A model generated the notes under the pieces. It was not told the DNA's origin. It made no database searches and was given only the letters and a program-made list of their open reading frames with translations. The translations under genes were made by a program, and so were the position numbers. Shown here piece by piece: positions 24,089-35,200 of a stretch of 64,000 bases of DNA (positions within the stretch are counted from its first letter, which is position 1; each line of letters opens with the position of its first letter). Origin of the DNA: Camelus dromedarius (lineage: Eukaryota); the NCBI RefSeq assembly GCF_036321535.1, contig NC_087436.1, forward strand, positions 120,716,001 through 120,780,000, written 5' to 3'.

Positions 24089-24227
24089 ACCTCCCATTGT
24101 GACCCTCCCACAGTGACCCTCCCACTGTGACCCTCCCACAGTGACCTTCCCACAGTGACCCTCCCACAGTGACCTTCCCACTGTGACCCTCCCACAGTGA
24201 CCTTCCCACAGTGACCCTCCCACAGTG
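24089..24227. repeat. 14-bp minisatellite ACCYTCCCACWGTG, 10 units
   Basis: Directly readable tandem array with few variant positions. Confidence 0.95.
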
Positions 24228-24970
24228 ATCCTTACAGCGCCCTGGGACTCTGGCTGCTTCTCTCCTCCAGCTTCTGCTCCTTTCTGTCCCAGGCTTAGAG
24301 CCTCACCTGCCTGATGGAGAGGGCCAGGTGGGGGCACATATCCCATGTCGGGGCCTGGGCTCACACTGGGGCACCCAGATCCAGACCAGGACTCAGCACC
24401 CAGGAGACACGCTACCTCCTTTTGACATCTGTCCCCGGGTTGCTAAACTGAACCCTGTCCAGGGGACCCCAGGCCACACCCTTGGCTCCCAACTCCAGCT
24501 GGACAGCTAACCATGGTCCCACTCATTTCCTGGGCCTCTTGTCGTGGCTCCAAGGCCAAGGTTGTCCAATGGCACTGGAGACCCCATGCACCCCTCTGCC
24601 CAGTTCGGGCTCCCAGCCTCCATTCACTCCAAAAGCTCCACCCTCTGCCACCCTCACCCTCACTCCTCTGTCTGTGGGGTGCCATCGGTCTCCTCTGATG
24701 GGCAGGCTGGGACCCTTGCCCCATTTCACTGTCATGTCCAAGTAAAGGAAGGCCCCTCAGCTGGATACAAGTAGGGCTCTTGGTGGGGTCTGAGTAGAGG
24801 GGAAGGTCAAGGAGGGTGTATATCAAGAGAGCCACGAAACGGGAGACCACCCTCCCTGCACCTTCTGGACGGCGGTGGCTCTCACAGCAGAGATGAGGGA
24901 CACGTTGTCACATTGTGTGTGTTCTATGCATGGTATCTGCTGGGCTCTCACATTGAGAATATGCTGTTTT

Positions 24971-25639
24971 CCCTCCTGCACTGTTAATGGGAACGTAGTT
25001 AGGGCAGCCACTATGGAGAACAGTATGGAGAGTCCTTAAAAACTAAAAATAGTCTCACCGTATGATCCAGAAGTCCCACTCCTGGGCATGTATCCAGAGG
25101 GAACTCCGGTTCAGTAGCCAAGGCATGGAAGCACCTAAATAGCCATCGACAGAGGACTGGATAAAGAAGCTGTGGTACATTTATACAATGGAATACTACT
25201 CAGCCATAAAAAAGAATAAAGTAATGCCATTTGCCACAACATGGATGGAACTAGTGATCGTCATACTAAGTGAAGTGAGCCAGAAAGAGAAAGAAAAATG
25301 CCATATGACATCACTCATATGTGGAATCTAAAAAAAAAAAAAAAAGACACACATGAACTTATTTACAAAACAGAAATAGACTCACAGACGTAGAAAACAA
25401 ACCTATGGTTACCAGGGGGGCATGAAGGGGTGGAGGGATAAACTGGGAGTTTGAGATCTGCAGATATTAACTACTATGTATAAAGCAAACAGCAGAGTCC
25501 TACAGGGAGCTACTCAGTACTTTGTAATGGAAAAGAACATGAAAAGGAATGTGTGTGTGTGTGTGTGTGTGTGTGTATAACTGGACCACTATGCTGTACA
25601 CCAGACATTAACACCAACTAAACTTCAATTTTAAAAAAA
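24971..25639 (+). mobile_element. Younger artiodactyl-type L1 3' end, 5'-truncated, containing (GT)n at ~25550-25576
   Basis: ORF2 C-terminal and 3' UTR motifs, A tail, 15-bp TSD agaatatgctgtttt (24956-24970) / agaacatgccgtttt (25640-25654). Confidence 0.9.
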
Positions 25640-26439
25640 AGAACATGCCGTTTTAATTATTATTAAGAAAAGGAGATCTGACAGCCCCTCGGGCCCTAAA
25701 ACAAAGAAATCACAATGGCGAAGCTTCAGGTAGTTTCCAGAGCAGGACTCAGAACTGGGCAGGGGTGGGGGGTGGAGGGAGAGCAGGCGGGTGCTCCGTG
25801 GGTGAGGAGGCGGGTGCTCCTGGGGCCTGTGGCTTGTCAGGGTGAACCGCCCCACCCCCAGCCCCGACGCGTGAAACCAAGCCGTCGCTGTTACTCCTAC
25901 CCCTCCCAAGCCCGCTTCCTGCAGCCTGGCCCACGGCCCGGGCCGCAGCAGGCCAGGCCAAAGGCAGGGGCGCTGACAGTGAGCCTGGGAAGCCCAGCAG
26001 ACACGAGGTCGCTTGAGGCAAGGTGTGGGCGGCACCGCCCAGAACAGGGTGATACCAGGGCCGATTAAGGGCCTCATTGACCAGAATCAGTCAGAGTCAT
26101 CTGAATCATCAGACGGTTTCATCTGAGAGTGAAACTTTCCAACTTCGTTTCCCCTGGACCTTTTGGCGGGTTATCAGGATTCCAGAAATAGGCTTCCCGT
26201 TGCCAAGAGAACCATTTTTCCAGTTTCTCCATCCCGCTTTGTGACTTTCTCCCCTGGCCTTTACCTTCAGGATTTGACCAGACATTTTCATCTGGAGAGA
26301 AGAGCCAAGTTCGTCAATTGGGGCGGGTCCTCTGGCTCCCAGCGTGCTCCACGCAGAAGGGGGTCTGGGAGGAGGGGGATGGAGTGCTGAGGCCAAGTGC
26401 CCAGGCTCTGTGGCCGGAGTGCTCGGCCAAAGGCCCAGA

Positions 26440-26600
26440 TCAGCCACAATAGCTGTGTGAATCTGGGCATGGTACTTAACCTCTCTGTGCCTCAGTTTCC
26501 TCGATTGCAAAGTGAGAACAGTAAACTTCAGGGTTGCTTCAAGATCAGGTGAGTCAAGATGTGAGGAGGACCAGGGGCATGATGGGCAAATCAGTGCCAC
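26440..26600 (+). mobile_element. MIR SINE
   Basis: 'tagctgtgtgaatctgggcatggtacttaacctctctgtgcctcagtttcctc'. Confidence 0.75.
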
Positions 26601-29534
26601 ACAGAGCCGGGAGGGCAGCAGAGCACCTGGGGAGGGCGGCCAGCCCTTCCCGCTCAGATGGGGACCTGAGGAAGACGTGCAAAGTTGTCTGCAAGATGAG
26701 GGTGTGAGAGGAGAGCTACAAACCAGAGGGGACCCCCCTCCCAGCCCCTTCCCTTTCGCCTCGGTTGCCTCATCTGTCAAATGGGGATGATAATAACGAG
26801 GTGATGTTTGTGAAACGTGAGTGCTCTTCTCCCTTCATTGGAGATGGACTGAGCATCCCATTCGGGCTGAGCCTGTGCCAGACTCTGGAGACCGAGAGGC
26901 TAGGAAGCCCTTGTCCCGCGGAGTCACAGTCTGAGCGGGGAGACAGGCAGGTCGCCCGCGAGGAAGCCCCATGCGACCAGATCCAGGCTGCAGAGGGGCG
27001 GGGGCCCGGCCCAGAGGAGCACTGACCCAGGTAGGGAGGCAGGGCTGAGCGGGCTGCTCCCCCTTTGGAGAGAAGCAAGGACTGGCCTACGATGCCTTCC
27101 TGCCGCTCAGTCCGGAATGCGCCGCCTCGGGAGTGGTTGAGGAGGATAGTCAGGGGGGCCACTCAGGGTCTTTCTGGTCTGACTTCTGGCTTCTCTGCAT
27201 CTTCCCGGCTGTGAACTAGTTACCTAGCGCCCCTCTTCCTCCGCCCCCCACCTCCCGTAAAGTGAGGTGACAATCGTGCACACTTTACATATAGCAGTAA
27301 CAGTAGGTCCCTGGGCAGGGTAGTGACAGGAACACAAACTAGCCACAGTGGTTGATGTGAGGCCAGGGAGCTGGCTGAGAACCTGCAGGGGCTTCCGGGA
27401 GAAGTTCCTCCCTCACGCCTGCCCAGCACGTAGCAGGCCCTGAACACAAGCCTATGAATGTCTGTAACCATGTTTAGTCAATGGCTGTGGGGGCTCAGGG
27501 AGTCGGGAGGGGTCGCTGCGATGACAGCTCTGACGGCAGTGAGCGTCCGGTCAGGGGAGGCATGCAAGGGTTCCACGTGCGGTCACCGCCCAGCAGGCCG
27601 GAGTGCGGGCTGGGCGGCCTCTGACACCCACCCTCCCCTCCGAAGCCCGTGAGCCCACGCACCTGGGACCTCGGTGCCTGCTGTGCGCGTCGCACATCAC
27701 CCGCTCTAGGTGCTGCACTTCGTTTGCTTTCTTGACCCCTCCCGCGGTGCGAGGGGCGCTCAGATGTCAGTGAGGAGATGGGGAAGCAGGCTCGGGGAGG
27801 AGAAGAGACGGGTCCGGGGGCCTGGAAGGACGAGGGGAGCTGGGTCTTCATGAGGAGCTGCGACCTTTTAGGCCCAAACCTCTCCTGCTGCCTGGGTCTG
27901 CCTCCCTTGTGTCCATTATCCCGAATCCCGTGACCCTAAGTCTGTGTGTCCGGAGAGCCCAGGCCCCTGGGGTCGGCCCAGCGCTGTGTCAGGGCCTTGG
28001 GCCGCGGAAGCATCGTCCCCAGGGCCAGCCTCCCTCCCGCCGTCTCGGGCTCCGGGATATTGCGCTCAGCCGCCAGAGTGGGTGAGAGCGATTAATTGTT
28101 TATAAAGCACTTAGACACTCTCAGGCGACAAGAGCCATGTCACACCAACATTATTTCATTACCGTCCCTGAGAGACAGAGCCATCAGCGAGGGTCTGGAG
28201 TCGGCCGCGAGCCAGGCCCCTCCCTGCCGGCCTCAGTGGCAGCCCCAGGGACTGGGAGCAAGTCACTTAACTCCCCTCACGACCCCCGGGGTGCCCGGGG
28301 GGTCCTGAGAACAGAGAGCACCAGGCTGGGGGCTCCTCCTTGGTGGACACCCTGCTCACCTTTGTCTGGGGGCACCAGGGCATCTTCCGCACAGCTGACC
28401 TCGGGCGGCGTGGGGTGTCCAAGGCTTTTGTTAGACCCACGGCGACTGTGCACGTGAGCAACATTCATCCTATCAGCAAACCCGGGGCACACACAGCTTC
28501 CAGCTAGACCTCAGGCCACCTACTCCATTCATTCGTTCATACCACCCTTCCTTCTCTCTTCCCTTCCCTCCTCCCTCCCTCCCTCCTTTCGGCAAATGTC
28601 AGGACCCCTGTTAGGGGCTGGTCTTGAAGCTGAGATGGATGAGCGGGAGGCCAGGAGCAGTGAGCCCACAAAACCCAGAACCACCGTCTCTCTCGTGACC
28701 AGCTCTGGGCTCAGGGCTGCAAAATCAAACGCCAGACTGAAAGCAAGGCTGCCGAGCGATCAGAGGGAGGGGACTGGACGCTGTGTGCCCCTCCATCAGG
28801 TGCCCACGGCCTGCCCTTCCCCAGTCCCTCCCCAGCATCCTCAGGGGAAGCAGAGCACTCTGTGACCATCTCTCTGGTGTGGCCTCTGGAGGACCCTCTC
28901 TTCCTCCATCCTCTGCAGCCCCAGAGCAGCAGCATGTCTGTTGGGTCTTTGGGGAGCCCCCACTCCCTCCTCCTTCCACTTCTTAAGGGACTTCAAAAGC
29001 CCCCCCCCCAACCCCTTTGGTGTGCAGAAGAAGGTGATGGGAGCCTCCACCAGCTGTGGCCGCCTGGCTGAGGCTGTGGCCACACGGAGTCCCCTGGGTG
29101 GCAGTGTCCCCACCTGCACCACGAGTGACTGCCTCTGTCTGGTGCCAGGCCCTCGCTGGACAGAGAGAGGCAGCCCAGACATCACGGCCCTGCCCTCCTG
29201 AGGCTCAAAGCCTCAAGGATTCTACCTGTACCCTCCCAGGACCCTTCGCTCCCTGCCCCAGCCCACCAGGGTGTCCCGGGTTGGGGGCAGTACTGGAGGC
29301 ATCCAAATGCCCAGAGTGGGTTCCGGAGTCAGCCAGGGAGCCGCGACGCGGAACTAAGGGCCGGTTCAACCCCGCACGTCCCGGCTGTGGGCCTCGGCGT
29401 GGCCCACGGCTCTTGCTTCTTCACTTTGCTCACCTGCAAACTGGGAACAGTAGCCCCCACACCGAGAGTGGCTGTGAGGCCTCAGGGGCCCTTCCAGGGA
29501 GGTGCCCCTTATGGCGCAAGGCCCAGCACGGCTC

Positions 29535-29590
29535 CTTGTGACCTTGGACATGTCTCTCCACCCCTTGAGCCTCAGTTTCCCATCCGAGAG
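29535..29590 (+). mobile_element. MIR SINE core fragment
   Basis: 'tgtgaccttggacatgtctctccaccccttgagcctcagtttcccatc'. Confidence 0.6.
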
Positions 29591-32157
29591 CCCTGCCAGC
29601 TCAGTTCTGGACTCTCCTGGTGGCAGCGGAGGGCAAGGAGGCTGGGGGCGGGGGAGAGGCTGTGGGGGACATGGGCTCTGGACCTGTCTCAGCACCATGG
29701 GCCGTGAGGACGGAGCTCAGGGTCCCTCCCGGCCAGCAGAGCGGGTCCCTGTGCCTTCCTCTGATCCCCAGGCCCCTGGGGCCTTCCACCTGTTCACATC
29801 TCTGGGTTCTGCCTGCCCCATCTCAGCTCCAGGCCACCCCTCCAGGAGGCTGGCCCTCCCCACCACGTCCCTGGCTCCTGGCCCCTCCATCACAGCCCCC
29901 ACCACCCGGAACAGTCCCCCCCAGAGCAGGGCCAATGACCCCGAACCTCCCTTAGGGGATCTCATCCCGTCCCCAACAGCTTTCTGCTTGGGCACCAATG
30001 TGATGGCTCCCAGGGCCCCTGTGAGCCCCTCACCTCCCTTCCCCAGCCAGCTCTGGGCTGTGGAGGCAGCTGAGTGGGGCACCAAGAGAGGACAGAGTAT
30101 TTATTCCCTGGAGCCCTCCCTGCTGCTCCAGTCTGGGGTCACGTATTAAGCACCTACTGTGTGCTGGGCCGGGTAAGGTCCAGCACCACTGCCCCACAGC
30201 TGTGTGACCTCGGGCAGGGCAGCTCACCTCTCCGTGCTGATGGCAGCCCCTGGCTGGGGGAGATTTCCTGAGGACTAGGTGACTGAAGCTCAGGGGTGCC
30301 ACTGGCCCAGGTGTGTGCTGTTACCACTGGTTCCGACTGGCACTGGAAGAGGCGGTGTTCGCCCCACCCACGCACCCCCAGCCCCCAGCTAGGAAAGGGG
30401 TCTTGCTGGCCCCGGCCCACATCCCACCACCCACCCCTCTCCCTGTCCACGTGGGGGCTGCTCCTCCCACCTGGGGAGGGTGGGCGGAGGTGAGCGCTCA
30501 CCTGAGGTGCTGTGAATTCGCTCGTGGATGACCCTGGCTGTGGACATCTTCTGTGTCCCTGGAAGCCCCTGGTCGCCTGCTCTGCTTTGGGGCCTCAGCC
30601 CTGGAGAATGAGACCCTCAGATCAGTGGCCCTCACAGGCAGGCAGAAGGACTGTGCTTGGCAGAGACCCTGGGGATCTGGGGAAAGTCACGCAAACTTCC
30701 AGGCCCCTGCCTGTAGCCACAGGGTCAGGGGCAGACCCACAGGAAGTGGCAGTGCCTCCAAACCGGGTCCCCTGGGGTCCCGTCTCATGCCCAGCCCCCA
30801 GTGCCCAGCACACGGCCTGGCACTGAGCAAGGGTCTCCGTGCAACAGCCCAGTCAGGTGGGCAGTTAGCACAGGCCGCCTGGATGCACTGGTGGGGCCCC
30901 GCCTCACCCGCATTGGCTGTGTCCCTGCCTCCCCGAACCAGGAGCACGGGTGGAGAGTGTGCCGGGCATCGGGGCGGCGTGCGACTCTCCCTACTTGTGA
31001 GCTGACATCCACAAGGACTTTGGAGCCAGGCGAGGGAATCAACAACCCCCTAAGGCCCCCAGGTCTCACCGAGGGTGATGGAAATCCTGTAATTGCCCCA
31101 TTAAGCCCCTCCCCCTGCTCCAGCTCCAGGCAGAGGTCAATATTCGTCATTTACCAAATGTGATCGGGAAGCAGATGGGTCAGGTTACCGCTGCCTCGGT
31201 TCAGGAGACGCAGATGAAGTGAAAGCCAGCCCAGGGGCCACAGACGGGCGGGCTGTGATGCACCCCTGCTATGCGCCCGCCCTGTGCTGGCAATGCAGGC
31301 TCGTGAGGAATCTCACATGTGAAGAGGACTCACAGGGCAGGCGAGGATTCCACATCTAAAGGGGGAGCCCTCCCCACAGACGCAGAGAGTGCAGGAGCCC
31401 TGCGGCAGGACCAGCATCCTGGGACTGGCGCCCTGCTGCGCGCTGGCCCTGCATCGTCTCTTTGAGGTGGTTGTGGCTCACCAGCCTTGGAGACCGGCTC
31501 ACACACTGCTCCTTTTCCCAGCTCGAGGGACGAAGAGGGATGTTCCTGCTCAGGAATGCTCCCAAGCTGGGGTGGGGGTCCTCGGGATCGTCCCCCCGCC
31601 CCGGTCCCGAGCTTGCTGGGCCCTGGGGGCTCGCCACCATCCTCGAGTGGGAGCTCTGTTACCAGGGGTGGAGCCACAGGCCCTGCTCACTCCTTACGAC
31701 CCTCTTCTTGGCATCTGACAGTTGAGGAAACTGAGGCACAGAGAACAGGAACAGCCCACCTCTGATGGGGCGGAGCAGGGACTCAGGGCGAGGCTCTGTG
31801 AGCCTGGGGGCACCTGGTGGCTGCATCCATCCCCTCCCTGTGCCTGCGCACTGGGGACAGCTTGGCCTGCTCTCCCCCTGGCCCAAGTTGTTCCCTCTCT
31901 GCTGGGCTGTTTCCCATCATACTAGCTGCCATGAAACGCTGACCAGGCAGCAAGCAGCACTTCCTGAGCCCACGCCACCTGCAGTTCCCTGTGTCTCCGC
32001 CCTGCAGGAACAGCCTGGAGGGGTCGTCTCTGCCCCCTTTACCTCCTCCCTCTCTCGGATGCCCCCCTCAAGCAGGCTTCCAGCCCCCACTACTGCCCGG
32101 GGTCCACACCACACCAGCCAACCTGCCACTTCACCAAACAGAACTTTCCTGAAATCT

Positions 32158-32247
32158 TTTTTTTTTCCAGTGGAGGTACTGGAAATCGAACCCAGGACCT
32201 TGTCCATGCTAAGCATGCACGCTACCGCCAAGCAATACCTTCCTCTT
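32158..32247 (-). mobile_element. tRNA-Ala-derived SINE, short form
   Basis: T-tract then 'tggaggtactggaaatcgaacccaggaccttgtccatgctaagcatgcacgctacc'; 14-bp TSD ctttcctgaaatct (32144-32157) / ctttcctgaattct (32248-32261). Confidence 0.9.
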
Positions 32248-35200
32248 CTTTCCTGAATTCTGAAAGCACTTTGGTCTGTTTGCTGTGTGTGGTAAGAGTG
32301 GTATCACCCTGAGATCCCCGGCCACCTCCGGGCAGCCTGCTGCGCTCACCGCCTGCTCCTCCTCTGTCGCCCGTGGCCACCGCAGCCTGGCTCTTCTGCA
32401 CCAGTGGGACCAGCCTCCATCGTGACTCTGATGAGAAGCCAAGAAGCATCTCGAATTTAGTGTGGAGCTGATTTACATCCGGGCTGGGGGGCCTCTGGGC
32501 TGGCATCTCCTCCACCAGGGAAGCTGCTGCGTCGACTCCGTCAGAACAGCGTGTGGGGCTGGGGGCTGTCGGGGGGTGGGGGCGCTGGGGGGTCTGCACC
32601 CATGATAGGGGGCCCTGCCCCTGCCCTTCCCACTATCTCTCATCTGTAAGATGGAGCCTGTTCTGCCTCGTGCCCAAAGGGTGTGGGGACAAGGATGCCA
32701 TCGACAGCACGGGGCCAGGTCTGCCCCGGGATGGGCCGCCAAGTTCTTGAAACCCTCAGCTGGGGAGTCCAAGCCAGCACAGGGTCGGGCAGAAGTCGCT
32801 CAAGGACATCAGCAGACTCTGTGAAAACAAGTGCAGGAGGGAGGGGTTTGACAGCAACAAAAAATAAACCCTCTGTCCGCACAGGTGCTTTACGCAGCCC
32901 ACGGGCCCCGTCCCTTACTGGCTGTCATCTCGTGTTTTATTGTGAAATAACGTAACCTACATACTGAAAAGCACATCAAACAGGGGGTCATGTGGGCAGT
33001 AATTACACAGTGACCCTGTATAAGCACTAACGTGAGGAGCCAGGGCCCCAGGACCCCCGCTGCCCCTGCTCAGCCCTCGCCGCTGAGTGCGCAGGGAGAC
33101 GGGCTCCGTCCAGCCCAGGCGCCAGGCTCAGCGAGCAGCACGTCCCGGCTGGCGGGGGGTAGGCAGGCCCGGGCTGTGGCTAAGTCTGCCTGCCTCTCTG
33201 CTGACTTTTCTGAGTGTTGTTTGTTCCCCGGGTCATTCTGCAAACATTTATAGGATGGTAGTGCCGCATGGCATCCTGGCTGCTCTAGGATGTGGCTCGT
33301 CACCCTCCCCCCGGCTGGGTCTGGAGAGAGGAGCCTGAAATCAAATGCAGCTGGGGCCCTGCAGACGGGGGAGAACCAGAGTGAAGACCCCCAGCTCGGG
33401 CTCCAGCCCAGAGGCTGTGCTCAGACAGGCATGGGCGCACGGGGTGCACACTGGGCGGCAAGGCCCACACCCCGAGGTGATGACCGCAGTCACCACCTCC
33501 GCCTCTGCAGCCGCCAGCTTCTCCTTCATGGCGGACGAGGAGTCAGGCCAGGCTCCGGAGTCCGCCGCCCAAGGTAGGAAGCACGGCCCCGCCAGGCCTG
33601 GCCAGGCCGGCAGCCCCGCCTGCTCTGAGCCTCCCCGGCCTCCGCGGCCTTGTCCACCCCTCGAGTGGCACAGTTCCCCTGACCCCTGAGAGAGGTCGCT
33701 GCCCTCAGGGCATGGCGGAGGGGGTTGGGGCACAGTCACCAGGGCAGGACCGAGTGGAGCGGCGGGCAGCAGCTGGCCCCCCGGGCCGGAAACGCCTGCA
33801 AACAGTTGGGGCTGCTTCGCGGCAGCTGGACACGCCTCCTGGCCCATCCAGGGACAATAATGAAGAATCAGGTTTCCGCTGAAAAGCTTTATTGCCGGGA
33901 GGGGTTGTAAATCAATAGACAACGTTTTTATCACAGAACGAAAATTAATTATTCAGTGTCAAACATGTTCGTGCTCACTCCCTGCCGGCAAGGCCGGCTG
34001 GACTCGGGGTGGCCAGACCATTCCAGCCAGCAGGGGCTCGGAAACAGCCTCACAGGGCCCTGGAAGGGTGCAGGGGGAGACTGAGGCCGGAGAGGACCGG
34101 CCTGTGCGGGGATGCAGCGTGGAGAGGACATGCTGCATTTCAAGACAGCTCTCAAGCCCCAAAGACCCCCAGCGAGTGTGCTAGCAGCCAGGTCCACCCC
34201 CAACTCCACCTTCAATGGACATGCGCACAGCGGGTGCAGCAAAGCCACCAGCCGAGAGGTGGCCGGGCTCCACGTGGCTGCCTTTGGGGCCCCTCTCCGT
34301 CTCTCCATTGTCCCCACGGCCCTTGGCCAGGGCTCAGCCAGCTCGTCCTGACAGGGGCCCAATCATGAAGTGGCAGTGACTGCTCCCTTCTGAAGGTTTG
34401 CCCCGACATTTCCAGGGAAGTGCACGGAGCTGGCGGGCTTGGCCCAGAGGGGTGGGACGGTCCTCAGATTTCAGTCCTTCTCTCTTCCGAAGGCTTTGGC
34501 CCCCGACCTGCCTTCCCCATCCTCCCTGCTGTCACTTCCCCAGGTGCAGAAACGTATGGAGACACAAAACGACCAGCTGCTAAGTGCAGAGGGAGCCTGC
34601 CTGGAGTGTCACCCCTGAGCAAAGGCCGAGGACCCCTGGCCTCTGAGAAGTGGGGGTGTCCTGTCAAGAGACAGGGAGGGCTTGTGGCTTTGGTGAGTTC
34701 ATTCATTCATTCATTCGTTCATGCATTTGGCCAAAGTATCCATCAGCAGCCTGGGCAGCAGAGTTGACTCAGGGCTCCCCGCCAGGAGAGGATGGATGCA
34801 GGAGCAGGTGCCCTCCGGGGCCCAGGGCGGCTGCGCACTGAGTCTGTGATGGGCTCCAGATAAGGGGGGTGAGGGGATGGGGCACTGAGGAGGGGGCAGG
34901 AGCCCAGGGCCCTGCTGAAGGAGCGGGCTGGGGCAGGGGTGGGGCTGGGGGAGACTGTCGCTGCAGCATCTGAGTGGACACAGTCCAGGAGCCCTGACTT
35001 TCTGACAGAACTGTCCCCAACCCCCATGGCCCCTGGGGGCTCCTGGCTTCCAGTGCTCCCCTGTCCTCTGCCCTTAATTCTGCATTTCTCCCTCTCCTGG
35101 ATGCCCCTCTTCCATCCTGCCCACCTTTCCCCCTCCATCCCCTGCCTGTCCTGAGCTCTGAGCCCTTCAGGGAAGCAGAGAAGGGCGCGGACAGGGCCCC

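Noticed and set aside
24089..24227. CRISPR-like array
   Set aside because: Contiguous 14-bp units with no unique spacers, in mammalian DNA with no cas genes
28088..28162. AT-rich island as enhancer candidate
   Set aside because: Resembles the 3' end of an old MIR-type SINE (attaattgtttataaagcacttag...attatttcatta)
29688..29708. REST/RE1 site
   Set aside because: Left half TCAGCACCATGG matches but the right half lacks ACAG
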